This document shows positions 26,148 through 44,371 of a stretch of 64,000 bases of DNA, piece after piece. Position numbers and translations under genes: made by a program. The notes beneath the pieces are model-generated. The model searched no databases and was not told the origin of the DNA. It saw only the letters and a program-made list of their open reading frames with translations. Each line of letters opens with the position of its first letter. Position 1 is the first letter of the stretch. Source of the DNA: the human T2T-CHM13v2.0 reference genome, Homo sapiens; the NCBI RefSeq assembly GCF_009914755.1, contig NC_060926.1; one strand, given 5' to 3'.

Positions 26148-26583
26148 TAATGTAGTTTGGATGTTGCCCCCCACAAATCTCATGTTGAAACGTAGTCTCT
26201 AGTGTTGGAGGTAGGGCCTGGGAGGTGCTTGAATCATAGGGATGGAGCTCTCATGAATGGCTTAGCACTGTCCCCTTAGTGATGAATAAGTTCTCATTCT
26301 GGTAGTTCACACAAGATCTGGTTGTTTAGAAGAGTGTGGCACTACCCTCTACCCCCACCCTCCCTCGGCCCTACTCCCTCTTGCTCCAGCTCCTATCATG
26401 TGACATGTCGGTTCCTCTTCCCCTTCTGCCACAACTGTAAGCTTCCTGAAACCCTTGCCCGAAGCAGATGCTGGAGCCATGCTTGTACAGCTTGCAGAAC
26501 TGTGAGCCAGTTAAGCCTCTTTTCTTTATAAATTATCCAACCTCAGGTATTTCTTTATAGCAATGCAAAAGCAGACTAATACG
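26148..26583 (+). mobile_element. MaLR solo LTR MSTB
   Basis: taatgtagtttggatgt...aaatctcatgttgaaa...gaagcagatgctggagccatgcttgtacag...ggtatttctttatagcaatgcaaaagcagactaatac. Confidence 0.9.
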
Positions 26584-26992
26584 TGATCATTTGGTATTTT
26601 TTTCTGAAGTTACATTTTTTTTCTCTCCCCAAATATGAAAAAAGAAAACTTAGTTTCCAAAATATCTAATTATAAAGTCACATTATAACTGAGCATAATT
26701 ATTTTCCAGTTTGAGCTGTGAGCTGGGAGCTTGGTGGCTGAAAGTACCCAGCAATTCCAAGGCTCTCAACCTCTCTCCAACTCAATTTATCATACTCCAG
26801 TAAGGGACAATATAGGAGTTTAATCAAGAGGGAAAACGGGGGTGACACTGTCAAAATGTAGCATCAATAGATTTCAAGCAGAGTAGTAAGAAGCACTGCC
26901 ATTAGAGCATCATGTGTCCTCTAACTGCAGATAACCGTTCTTGATTCTGAAAAGGAACATGGTCCAGAGAGCAACTGATAATCCCTGGGAAC

Positions 26993-26994
26993 AT

Positions 26995-27037
<43 letters not shown>

Positions 27038-27040
27038 TTT
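26993..27040. repeat. (ATTT)12 tetranucleotide STR derived from the Alu tail
   Basis: Directly visible pure repeat. Confidence 0.95.
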
Positions 27041-27115
27041 TTGAGACGGAGTCTCACTCTGTCGCCCAGGCTAGAGTGCAGTGGCTTGATCTCGGCTCAC
27101 TGCAAGCTCCACCTC
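26993..27115 (-). mobile_element. 5'-truncated AluY (last ~75 nt) with (AAAT)12 tail and perfect TSD
   Basis: AluY-diagnostic ctgcaagctcc. TSD atccctgggaac occurs at 26981-26992 and 27116-27127, next to a TT/AAAAA endonuclease site on the minus strand. Confidence 0.92.
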
Positions 27116-27813
27116 ATCCCTGGGAACTTTTTAACTGTCAATGCCTCAGATATGGCAGGGGCAAATGATACCTGTGTACTCAGCTACTTCACTATCATGA
27201 CCACCAGGAAGTTTTATCAGATGTGAACTCTCCAGCCTCCAGTTTCCCATTTCAGAAATACAGATTTCAAGGGTGGCCCCTCTCCCCCAAGTACTCCATA
27301 TGATAGAATTCCCACAATAGCTATGGAAACTCTGGTTTTCAACTGCAAACATCAGGCATCCATTAGGATTCCAGGAATTCCTGCTAGATTTCAGGATTCT
27401 CTTAAAAGTACAAAAGTTCTAAGAGAAAGAAAGAAAACTTAGAAAATATTTTTTATAACTTTTTTCCCGAATGAAGAAGAAGAGGGAAGAGGAGGAGTAG
27501 GAGGAAGAGAGAAGGGCCACCTGCATTTGAAGGTTATTACCCTCTCTCTTTCTATACTCTAGGACCAACAGAACAAAAGCCTAATTTGAATGTCTTCTCT
27601 TCCTAGTGTCCTTGCCTCCTTACAAACTTAGTAAATATTTATGTGGCCCCTTATACCACTTTTTATTATTATCACAATTTTCTGTTAATTTACACTCATG
27701 ACCCTTTGTCTTATTGCTACAACTAGAAATATTTGCTCTGTCTTTCCCCCATTAGCATGTGGCATGGTTCTAGGATCACAGAATGTTCTCCATGAAGACT
27801 TTCCCATTCATTG

Positions 27814-27955
27814 ATGGATTAATTGACTGGTTGTCCTTCATATCCTGCACTAACCTCTATTACAGCATGGAGAGGTACTTTTGTATGGATTAATTGACTG
27901 GTTGTCCTTCATATCCTGCACTAACCTCTATTACAGCATGGAGAGGTACTTTTGT
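27814..27955. repeat. Perfect 71-bp tandem duplication
   Basis: 27814-27884 is identical to 27885-27955 (atggattaattgactgg...gagaggtacttttgt). Confidence 0.97.
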
Positions 27956-28899
27956 TTCTCTGTCCCACTGCTACAACCCCTTCCCCTCACTTCTCATGGC
28001 TTCTCAGTAGAAAAAGACCAAACTTAGACAGGTTCCCATGTTTGAATTGTAGATAAGTCAGCAAAGGGCAGCCAGGAAAAAAAAAAGAAAAAAAAAACAG
28101 TAGTTTTTTATTTGTCTCTTTGTGGTTTCGATATGTTGGAATGTATTCTCTGGAGACCTTTACCCAATGAATTAAAAGATCTGAAATTCCCTCATCAGAG
28201 TAACTCTTAATCCCTTTCCATCATTTAGCCTCAGTGCAAAAGCTATGAAGAAGAATTAAATTATCCCTTCCCCATATACCTTTAACATCTTTGAGGGTCA
28301 TCTCAGTGTTCTGGGGAACTTATTTCAGAAAGACGTCTATAGATAGGTAGATTGTTTCTCTGATTTTGCCATCGGCAATAGAAGAATCAACTTCATTATT
28401 CAAATAGATGCTCTGGTTTTTATTTTTTGAGACAAGGAAGGAAAAGAAAGACTTGGAAAAACCCCAGGAAGGTATTCATGCTTTTTATAAGGGTTTGGCT
28501 GCCTGGCTTTAAAACTTGACTTGGCCCATAGTAGCTTCTCAATAAATGTTGTTGACTGAAGCAGATTTTTATCATATTTGTTTTTGGTAAAAAGTGTCTT
28601 AGTACCTTTTAAGAGCAAAGATTTATGATAGCCTATTCTGTTGCCTGCTATTTTTGAGCAATCCATGACATTCTTTCAATAGTATAAAACTGGCAGCCTT
28701 GAGGGTAAGGTTTTGCATGTACCAAAATCTCCAGTTTTCAGCCCTAATATATTTGTATACCCTCAGCTTATCTAATTCCCCATGAAAGTTTGTCAAGCTA
28801 ATCACTAGCTCTTATGATCAAAGACTATGTGGGCATTCAATTCCTATCCTATCATACTAAAGTTAATGAGGAAAAATTCAGCTAAGTATGGCTTTAGGG

Positions 28900-29327
<428 letters not shown>

Positions 29328-30699
29328 CTAACCTGTGTTTCTCCCCTAGGAATTCTACCTGTGAATCTTACATGGTCAGGCTCTTACAGCTTGGCTTATG
29401 GTGACTTTCAGCTCTTGGTAGAGAGCTGAGAAAGCCAATCCATAAATATTTACCACATCTGTAATTTTCAGCATTCTTATTGGTCCACTCTTTGCATCTG
29501 TCTAATTTTTTCATTTTCATGACTGCCTGTAACTGAAAGAATGAACACTTTCGTCTTCAGCTTGACAGCCATGCCCAAGACATCTACCTTTCTTTCTCTG
29601 GAATCATTTCAAATAATCATTTCAATTCTAAGATTCAGTAACCTCGGTCTCTCAATTCTTAAGCATCATGCTTACATTCAGTCTTCTCAATGCTCAAAGA
29701 GGAGTGTGTGATAAACAGAAAGGTTGGTATTGTTTTTCATCCCCATGTATATGAAAAAAAAGTTGCTCCATGCTAAGATTAGAAGAGTTCAATTAGACAT
29801 AGAAAAATCATGAAGTTGATGAAGTTTCTCTAAAGCACCTCCTCCCCGTCATGTTCCTTCTCTGCCTCCTTCATTTTAATATCTTTTGCTTCAGAAGTAA
29901 CCACAAAGTGATGAGGACCTACCCCTGCCTGTTTCAACAGACACAGTCTATTCACACAACACACATTATTATTTTAGTCACTATGTTATCTACTTCTAAG
30001 CTGCCTTCATTTTGAAAACACAACATAAATCTGACCTCTCCAAATTGTCTCTGGGAAAAGGAATTGAGAGAAAAAAACATCTCCTCTCTTGGGTTTTCTT
30101 ACACTTTTCTTTTCCCCTCTAGGGTTTTGTCACATGTTATTCCTAATGGTCTCAGCTCTCCTCCCTCACTGAGGTTCCTTACTGTCCTTCTCCGTGACCC
30201 ACCATAGACAAAGATTCCTGGATATTCTTAGCACAACAGAGGCAGCCTCAGGCTCTCAACAAAACTTTACCAAAACGTAAAATAAAAACCATGAAAGAAA
30301 ATGATGGTGGAAAATACAGATAACTTTAAAAATAGCCACATTTTCAACCTGTATGTTTTTTATGTCAAGCATTCTAATAAAAGGAAACCAGGGTCTTACT
30401 GAGTACAAAGAAGGGCTCTTCCTTGGATAAGAACATATTAGTCTGGGAATTGCTGGGGTAACTCCAAAGGTAGATCTTATTCTCTCCCAGATTTGGAGGT
30501 CTACTGCCTGTAAGTTCTGTTTTGTTTTCTCATGTTTAAAGTTGGGCCTATTTAAACTCTTCAAAGTGGCACAGTGTCTTGGTTCTACCCTCCTGACCAG
30601 AAAGTTACATATACCATTTCCAGTTTTCAGTTGGAAGAAAATCACCTTTGAAATGCAAGACAGTCATGACTGACAATATAGGGATATAGGATAATGCAG

Positions 30700-30875
30700 T
30701 GATTCATTTCCTAGCTATGTCACATAGTAGCTGTGTGACCTTCAGCATATTACTTCCTTTCCGTGCCTCAGTTTCCTTATCTATAAAATGGGAATAATAA
30801 TGGTACTTACTTCACAGCAGTTTTTTGTTTGTTTTTCAGGATTAAATTACTTAATTCAAATGAAATATTTTGAAA
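30700..30875 (+). mobile_element. MIR
   Basis: tagctgtgtgacctt...gtgcctcagtttccttatctataaaatgggaataataatggtacttacttcacag. Confidence 0.85.
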
Positions 30876-31115
30876 AGACTGAATTTTGTTGTTGTTGTTG
30901 TTGATATTGACACGCTAAAGAACAAAGGAATTATTTATCCCTTCTTGACCCATCTCCAGCCATCAGTAAATTTTTTATATCATTGTATCATATTTAATTC
31001 AGGTCTGCTCTAACTCATTCCCAGGGAAATAGCTTGCAAACATGTGCCTATGACAATTTCATAGTGTAATAATTCCTTAGTCTTTCATTAAAAAATTTTC
31101 ATTAAAAAAATTTTT

Positions 31116-31638
31116 GATTGATCCCCAGTTCCAAAGATGGTCTCCAGTCAACTATGACTTTAGGTGTTTATGCCCTTGTGCATTTACCCCCAACATTGGG
31201 CCTACACTGGCCCATGATTCACTTTAACCAATAGAATATGGTAAAAGTAACACCATGACAATTTATGGTCAACGCCTTAAGAAAGCTTGGCAGGCCCTGC
31301 TTTTATGCTCTGTGGGGGACTTTTAGCTGCCATGTAAGTGGTCCACCTACCCTGCTAGAGAGACCCCATGAAAAGGCCATGCAGAGGAGAGACCCTAAAA
31401 TTACATGGAGAGAATCCCAGCACTGCTTGCATCCCAGCTGAGCTCAGCCTTACAGCCAACTTCACCAAGGCCCCAGACATGAGAGTGAGGGCCTCCCGGG
31501 TGCTCCAACTCTGGAGCAAAACAGTGGCTCAGCACAATCCAGCCAGTCCACAGACTCAGGAGAGGTAATACAATGGTTATTGTTTTAGGCCACAAAGTTT
31601 CAGGGTAGGTTGTTACGTATCAATAGAAAGACTAACCA
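31116..31638 (+). mobile_element. MaLR solo LTR, MLT1H-like
   Basis: ccaaagatggtctcc...tttaaccaatagaatatgg...ccaaggccccagacatgagagtgag...ttgttttaggccacaaagttt...caatagaaagactaacca. Confidence 0.8.
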
Positions 31639-31752
31639 TATAGGAACTCCTTGTCTGCCATTTATAGATGAATAACCTGGAGGGAGTTATTGAACCTTCA
31701 TAAGGTCAGTTTCCTCCACTTTAACATGGGACAGTAGTAATACTTCACAGAG

Positions 31753-31798
31753 CTGTTGTAAGCACCAGCTATACTGTTGTAAGCACCAGCTATACTGT
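31753..31798. repeat. Perfect 21-bp tandem duplication inside a MIR remnant
   Basis: ctgttgtaagcaccagctata twice, then ctgt. Confidence 0.93.
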
Positions 31799-33179
31799 AT
31801 GCAAAACTCTTGGAATTTTTTAATAAATGGTAGTAATTATAAGCAGTTAGAGGTTGTTAGTTTTCTGACACATTCCTAAAGGGAGTTTTATTTCAAATAG
31901 GTAACCTGATGACCATAAGTCTTAACCTAAGTTGCTATTCATGTTTGCAGAGGCTGCTTCCTCCCTGTGTTTGCATAAAGTAGGGCTGAATGTGAACATC
32001 TTTCTCTCCACCCGTAAAATTCAGGAGATAAGAACCGTAACCTATCTGACATATTCTGTACTTTTAAACAACTGTCTTGCTTTATTTTGTATAAGCAAAA
32101 TATGTATTCATTTGTTATGTCAACAGCAAGTAATTACAATTGTTAAACATGGCATCACAAAGTTCTCACCCTAGCTTCCAGTTTAATGCTTCCTGAGAAG
32201 CAGTGGAAGATTTGTAAAATAAATGGTGTAAAACATGGGATGTTTTGGGTATGACAAATCTCATTTATTTTCACTGTCATCACTCACCCTGGTATATAAT
32301 ACCTGCTCCCTGCAGACTGAAATATTGCAGATGTTTTCAAAATAATATTAGGATATGGAGAGACCACCAGAAATTTTCATCTGGTCACTTTCAGTTTAAA
32401 TTCTCATCTACAAAGTTTCTTCATGTGTGTATTTCAAAAGCTTAAGCTTTCTTGGGCACTTGCTCCTGGAGCCAGCTGCCCACCCAACATCCAGCTGCAG
32501 AGAACTTGAAGAGTTCCTGGCATTCCATGAAGCACGTAGGATTGAGGAACAAGGAGGCGAGAGATAAAACTAGTTATAACTATTCATTAGTTTTTGGTAC
32601 ATCAGATAATTTGTGTGATGGCTTCAGGGCTCTAATTGAATCACTTTTCCCACCTTGTCTTAATTTTAATTATGCAGCAATCATTTTTACCAACCTGTAT
32701 AAAGAAGCCATATGAAAATGTGACATATGACAATATACATTTACCTAAGCTCCAGGACTACAGTGACCTACAGGCAATTAGCTACTGCCTCTAGCACTGA
32801 AACGACCAATTAAAGAGTTAACGAAATGCCCTCCAAATCACCTACATGTTCAGGTTTTTTGGACTGCCAGGAACATTGCACTTCAACTGATATAATTTTT
32901 GACTGACTGATTTAGTAAGTCTACGTCTGCTAAAATTCCAGACTCATGCCTGTAAAACTGAGGAGTCAGGTTTTATGAGGTGCTTTCACTGTCATTAAAG
33001 ACAATCCCACCTTAGCCCTTCTCCTAACAAGACAATCTTGCAGCCGTCATTATGAGACGTGATCCTAGCTTGTCATCATGGAAAAAAGTGGCTTGCTAGG
33101 TCAATAAGGTTAGAACTCAGTTCATCTCATGGATGTAAGACATTCACTGTAGTGGCTATAAGCCAGGAAGTAAATATAA

Positions 33180-33284
33180 AGAAGGAAGGAAGGGAAGGAA
33201 GGGAGGAAGGAAGTGAAGAAAGAATGAGGAAAGAAAAGAAAGAAAAGGAATGAAGGAAGGAAGGCAGGCAGGCAGGCAGGCAGG
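33180..33284. repeat. GA-rich tract with (GGAA)n and (GGCA)n
   Basis: Directly visible. Confidence 0.85.
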
Positions 33285-33461
33285 CTGGGTTGATATTTTA
33301 AACTATATTTTTAATGTTCATAGCTATCCTAAAATTTAGATATGGATTAAGCTAAGGAGAAAAGGAAGCAACAGCCATCATCATGAAACTTTCTGAATTG
33401 TTCCAGACTTTCCTTGAGATAATATATGTCCAAATGCAAAATCCATACTAAGAGTTGAATA

Positions 33462-33870
33462 GGTTGGTTTCCCTGGGTATAGTCCCTGCAATAAGAATTT
33501 ATTAAATAAGTCATCCCACAAAGGCCCAGGAATGGTGTGAAAAAGCAGACAAGAAAGGGAAGAAGCCAACACAGGATGTCTTAGTAAACCCATTACCCCT
33601 GTGGTCAACTGCAGCTGAAGCCTGCTGGGGACAACTGAATGACAGGGTTGAACAAGTAGAGCTGTCCCACCTGAGGTACAAAATAGCGGCCTTATTTATC
33701 CGACAACTCCTGTCAGTCATTGGCCTGCTCCATAGGAAGGCTGGACATACTCCAACAGCCAGAGAAAGCTCTCAAGCAGAGAGTTGAGGTGCTTACAGTA
33801 GAAAGCCTTCAACATGCACAGGATGGTGAGTATTGAGATTATCTGTGTAAGGACATCAAGAGTTTACTAT
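33462..33870 (-). mobile_element. ERVL LTR, LTR16C-like
   Basis: gacaagaaagggaagaagccaacacaggatgt...ttacccctgtggtcaactg...tatttatccgacaactcctgtcagtcattgg. Confidence 0.65.
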
Positions 33871-35932
33871 AAATATTGACCCAAAATTTATGGTGTTTGA
33901 GCAATAACAAATTTCCTTGTGGGGCTTGCTTGAACTGGTCCAGTTCACATGGCTCATTCATTGTATCTTGGATGTAAAGGTAATCTGTTTGTCTGTTGTG
34001 ACCCATTTAAATCCCTAAGATCTGTCTTTGGGGTAGAACACCTCAGGGCACCACTCTTGCCCTTTGGGATGTCACAGAATGAAAGGACCGGTGAGGAACA
34101 AGAAGTAACATAAGATCTATGAAAAAGCTCATTACTTCTCTGCAAATCACATATTTTATTTGGCTGGGCACCTGACTGGGGTAAGCCCATAGAAAATATG
34201 TTTGCTAAATTAAAATAAATTGGGACACAGGCCTAATAACTAAATATGTTACAAGAAACAAAGAATTTAAAAAGGGATCTAATGAAAATCTGAACCAAAT
34301 TATAACCAGTGATCAGAACCTTCCTCTAAACTACTTTAACTGAGATCTAGACATGCACATTAAACATTATAAAGACAAAGACAAAAAAAATCGGGAAACG
34401 CATAGGGAGTTATATTGAGTCTCTTTTTTGGAACAAATCAAATAACCTAAAACGAACTCTATTGTCATTCTTACTCGAAGAGTTAGTTTTAAGGGGATGT
34501 CCAGATATCACAAAAAGAAAATACTCTTTTTCAGATGTCTTCTTCCTGATTTCATGGCAGAAATCCCAAGTTTTCAGTCAGTCAGTCAATACACATGCAG
34601 CACTTGTATCAAGTCAAGAAATATCCACTAGGTACCTACTAACATTCCAGAAGTGAGCTCATGACTAAAGCTCAGACAAACCAAACTGTAGGGCTCTGCC
34701 CTTTCACATCTGCCAGAGATGGGCTGATGGATGGATGACAGATGCATGAATGCATTCATTGGTTAAGTGATTGAATTAATGAATGAATGAACTCCTTCAT
34801 TCCAACCTCTTCGAGGATAGTAACCTTGTCTTTTCTACTCTGTAAACTATGTACCCCCTTTGATGCTTCATGCATGTTGTAGACACTCCATGAATGACTG
34901 TTGATAACATAAGAACAATGCAAATATTTGTTCAGTGTAAGCTTCTATTGTAAGACCTGTAATTCTTGAAATGCTGCAACACTTTTCCTGATTAAGTGTT
35001 AATGGAACACACAGAAGAGTGAAACTTTTTACAAACCCGTAGCAACACTCTTTGGCTGCGGTCTTTAATTCTGGCTTCAAATGGTTAGGACTTTCTACCT
35101 CCTCTAGAAGGATTTTCTAGATTAAGGAACAAGTGGTTTTTCTCTCACTCATTTCTTTACCTTTGTGCCAGATATTCTTCCACCCACAAGATAAAGTTTT
35201 GTCTTCTTTCTACAGGTTGTCTTCATATTTCAACATTCCATTTATTACATTTTTGTGAATAAAGGCTTCCCACTGCCCTTCTGCTGCCTTTACACTTTCT
35301 CTTGAGAGTGTCCATTTGTATGCAAATTAGTGCAGTCAAGCAGCCATGTATGTTAGGCATTTTACTGATCAGTTCTTCACTTTTGTCTGAAAATTTGAAA
35401 AAATTTTGTTCAATTTTAGTGCATGCTTTGGGCTTGAACAAATACAAATAATTTTATGAATAGGTCAATTTTTTATAGCTGTCATTATCATCTATTCTGT
35501 TTTATTAAGACATTGTTGATATTTTAGATTAAAAGCTTCCAGATGACAGGGATTGTGAACACCACCTTAATTACCCTTAGACAGAGTAAAGATTTGTTAC
35601 CTTGTCTCAGGGTTAAAAGATGTATTTGACATTGTGTTGTCCAAGTGGCCCATTTGCTGCTCCCATCCTTTCAATGACATTGCTGTGTCTACCTTCTGAT
35701 CATCAATGTGAATAAATTGCTTCAAGATAGTATTAAGCCTGGCATTTCATAGTGGGAGTATATATTTAAAATATTAATTCCTAGCAAATAAGTAGTCTAC
35801 TGACTTAGTATCTATTCACATTAAATCTGGCAGAAATCAGAAAGTTTCTTGAGAGCAGAATTTAGAAAAGTGTGATTGATAGACACTGAAGAGTAAAGAG
35901 AAAGACAGGAGGCAAGTGGACTTAAGGACAAC

Positions 35933-36449
35933 TGTGTTGGTTATCTCTCATTGCAATTATACAGCATAACAAACAGCACAGCAGCTTGGTGGCATGCAAT
36001 GATAGACTTTGATTTTTGCTGTAAGTCTATGCCTTGGTTAGCTGCCTCTGCCTGTCTGAGCTTGGCTTTCTTATTCCCCTGTAGTCAGCAGGTAGGTCAG
36101 CTGAGGATCTGGCTAGTATAGCAGGGACTCAGTTGGGATGACCTGCCTCTGGTCCATGTGGTCTCTCTTCCTCCAGCAGAAAAATCAGGAAACTTTCTCA
36201 TGGCAGGGTAGGAGTCCAAGAGAGAACAAAAGAACACAAGCGCTCTTGAGGCCTATGGTCAGAGCAGGCACACCCATATCATCATTTACACCACATTCCA
36301 TTGGTCCAAAGTAGTTACAAGACCAACCAAAATTCAAGGGGTGAAGAAATTTACGCCATCTTTTGCTGAGAGGAGGTGCAAGTCCCATTGCAGAGGAAGA
36401 AAATCTATAAAACAAGGCCACTAACCTGCACCATCAATCTAATCTACCA
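35933..36449 (-). mobile_element. MaLR solo LTR, MLT1H-like
   Basis: cagcataacaaac...ccatgtggtctctcttcctccagcag...ccacattccattggtccaaagtag...aatctacca. Confidence 0.75.
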
Positions 36450-36502
36450 TTAACAAAACAATTCAGTGGATAAAAAGGGAATTACAACAAAGAAAAAAAA
36501 GT

Positions 36503-36797
36503 GGCCGGGTGCAGTGGCTCACACCTGTAATCCCAGCACTTTGAGAGGCCAAGGCAGCAGATCACTTGAGGTCAGGAGTTCGAGACCAGCCTGGCCAACG
36601 TGGTGAAATCTCATCTCTACTAAAAATACAAAAACTAGCTGGGTGTGGTGGCAGGCACCTGTAATCCCAGCTACTGGGAGGCTGAGGCAGGAGAAACACT
36701 TGAACCCAGGAGGCGAAGGTTGCAGTGAGCTAAGATGGAGCCACCACACTCCAGCCTGGGTGACAGAGCAGGACTCTGTCTCAAAACAAAACAAACC
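36503..36797 (+). mobile_element. AluS (Sx/Sz-like)
   Basis: ggccgggtgcagtggctcacacctgtaatccc...gactctgtctcaaaac. Confidence 0.94.
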
Positions 36798-39034
36798 AAG
36801 AGCAACTGATCCTCTTAAATAAATTAAAAACTAATGGGAGAGAGAGAAGAAACAATCATTTATTCAATTAGTCAGTAGACATTTACCAGTTGTCTACATT
36901 CAAGCTTCCTATTGGGTAGACATATGATTCAAATATAGCCCCTATTCTCAGATAGTTCAGGATCTCAAGAGTTTGCATGGAGCAAGCATCATTTGGATGG
37001 TGTTTTGCACACTGTTACAGATAATGAATATTTATTGGCCAGTGGTAGGATTAATGCTAAACAAAGCATAAAGTTTCCAGAAAACATTCTCTTAGATTCC
37101 ATAAGACCATTAGACCGTTTTTGGATGGGAATCCTTCAGTGTTTAGAATATGGTAAAAAATGAAGAAAAAATGTAAATGTCTAAGAGAGATTGATATGTA
37201 CACTTAACTTCCCTGTGTAATCCTGTCCTTTTTCTGTTTTTTTTTTTTTTTTTTTAAGGGGATAGGGTTGCACTCAGCTGGCAGAGTCAAAACACAAGTT
37301 AAGGGACCTTCCTAATCACAAGGTAAGCACTACTAGTACAACATAGGAGCCTCTCAGCAATAACTGACCTGACAGCCCAGATCGGGGCAGGAGCCCTAAG
37401 TCAGGCAGGTCCTGTATCCTCAGGTCCTCTAATTTCCAGGTCAGTGAAGACAGAGAACAGCTAGGCTGTGACAGGTGTTCTCTCTTCCATGTTTCATGAA
37501 GGACAGGTAGGAGGAGTAAGAAACTGACAATTCAAACTTACCCATATTTTAATGTGTATGTACACGCACATACACATGACACATCATACATTCACACACA
37601 CACGCATTGTACACATATAAGTTGAACGAATCAATACACACTGAAAAATCTTTGGCCTTGGGTTTATTCTTATAGACATCTTTTGACCTCACTGTGGAGG
37701 CCAAGAAAGCTGTGTGAAGAGAGAAAGGCTGTGAGCTGGTACTGAGGGCCTCCTTGATTTGAAAAGCGAATTTCAAGATGAAAATAATCAGGAAGAACTA
37801 ATACCACACGGTTGTTTATGTGTGCGTGTGATTGTGTGGACGTGAATGCATGTGATTATGCCTCAGTGTGTCTGTGTGTAATGGGGCATTAACACCAGCT
37901 CACATAAGCTGCTCTGCTTTATAAGTTGGTATTTTTTTTTTTTAAAGAAAATCAAGCCATTTTTTTCCTTCTCGTTCTCAAAGATGAAGCAGTTTACAGA
38001 TGCTGAATCCTTTTTTAGGAATAATTCTCAATGCATCATTCAAATATCCTTTGAGCTGAGCACACGATATGCACATCATGAATACATATAATCACCGTGC
38101 AATCCTTTGTGAAGATTTTGAAAATAGCATCTAAAAGAGCCGACCGTGTGTCTCCATCTGAGGATGTGCATTTGGTGAGTGTGGCTGAGCTGATTCTGGC
38201 CACTTATTTCCTCTTTAATGGGCCCTGTTGCATCTCCTGTGGTTTGAAACACTGAAAATTTCAGTGGTTCTGGTAGTTTAAAAGTAAATCACAATTTCTG
38301 GGCCTTTATAAGAATTGTTTTGCAAGTCTGTCCATATCAGAGAGTACTTGCGGAATTTCAAAACAAGGCATACAAATAGATATATTTTTTTAAAAGATCG
38401 TCACCCTAAAATTAGCTAATTTCATCCTCTTCTTGGCCTGCTTGAGGCTGATGTGATTGAATTTCCAAAGCCTGATGTGGCAAGCTATATTGCTAGTATT
38501 TATCTACTAGAAACATTTACAAATGCTCAAAGTGCAATTTAACAACAACAATCCAGTTAGAAAGCATTTTTCTTGCTATCATGGTGACTCATTGTTCACA
38601 ACGTTGAGGACTCTTTTCTTCTCCTTCTTCCTTAGAAATATGTAACAAAGATTTTAAGAAAATGGTAGTTATTTACTAGAGCTCATAAAACTTAGCCTAG
38701 AGGACTGCATATCCTTCTCTCTTATCCAGACTGAGATATAAGGAAGGTCTGAAGTCACTTCCTTGTTGTCCCTCTTTCTTACAACTCCCCATCCTGAAAC
38801 CTGCGATTTAAAACACCAGACCTATAAAGTAAAAATGTTATATTCTCCAGTTTGGAGAACATAAGGTTTTCTGATAAATTCTTTTAAGTAAACCTGAAGT
38901 TCGTTTGTACAAGGTGGCACTCTAAATGACTTCAACTGCCCCAACCCCTCTTCCAGATTCTAGTGGTCTTTAGCTATTTTTGATCTGTGAAATCTGATAT
39001 TCAAAATCACATGTTACTTGAAATATAAAACCAA

Positions 39035-39334
39035 CCAGTGGTGGTGGATCACAACTGTAATCCCAGCACTTTGGGAGGCCAATGCGGGTAGATCACTTGG
39101 GTCTAGGAGTTCAAGACCTGCCTGGGCAACAGGGCAAAGCCCCATCTCCCGAAAAAATACAAAATATTAGCTGAGTGTGTTGGTGTGCACCTGTAGTCTC
39201 AGCTACTCGGGAGGCTGAGATGGGCGGATCACTTGAGCCTGGGAGGCTGAAGGTTGCAGTGAGCCGAGATCAGGCTACTGCACTCCAGTCTGAGCAGCAG
39301 AGCAAGATCCTGTCTCAAAAAGAAAAGAAAAAAG
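39035..39334 (+). mobile_element. AluJb-like element with TSD
   Basis: J-type ggatcacttgagcctgggagg and cctgggcaac. TSD is gaaatataaaaccaa (39020-39034) / gaaacataaaaccaa (39335-39349). Confidence 0.92.
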
Positions 39335-40083
39335 GAAACATAAAACCAAACATGAGACATACGCTTCTCATTATTGTTTTATAAAGATGGCCTCTGAAAT
39401 TTAGAAGGTAAAAGAGTTGTTAACAGGGCAGTGGCCTATGTAGTCCTCCATCTCCACAGACTAATATTAATAACTTCAGAGTAAATACAATAACATAGTT
39501 TATTTATATAAAATGTCTATTTATTCAAAAAGCTTTCATATATATATGTCTGTCTGTTACAGGTAATTCAAAAACAACATACATTATTACCTAGCCCCTA
39601 AATTCCAAAATTTATTTCTCATTTTGAATACAATTATCAAGTGCCTTCTTTGCATTTAACACAATGCTCATATTTTAGGCCAGTGTGTTTTAAAAGAAAA
39701 TGTAAAGCAACTTTATTGTATTGAAAGGCTAGCATAAACAAACATTAAGATACATTAGAAAGCAAGATCAATTCATAAGGAACTTTGTCATTTGCATGGT
39801 GATCAACAAACTAATAATGGGTATTTCTGGAGAACATGCACTATGGTGAGTTACAGAGGAAATCTAAGGTTTACTCCTTAACTTCGTGTACCTTACAATA
39901 AGGTTTGGGAGAAAACAGCAGAGGAGGAGAGAGGAAAGGAGAAGTCAATAGGGGCTTGAGAGGACATATTAAGCCATTATTTAAACTAGCTGGAAAGATT
40001 AAGCGAGAATCTGCTGAAACACTTCTGTTTTTTTTCCCTGTAGACAAGCCAATGGCAAGAACAGGGAAAGGGCTCTGATGAAC

Positions 40084-41400
<1,317 letters not shown>

Positions 41401-41436
41401 TTAGTTGATGCAGTTTCTTCCTAGTCTCGATGGTCT

Positions 41437-44371
<2,935 letters not shown>

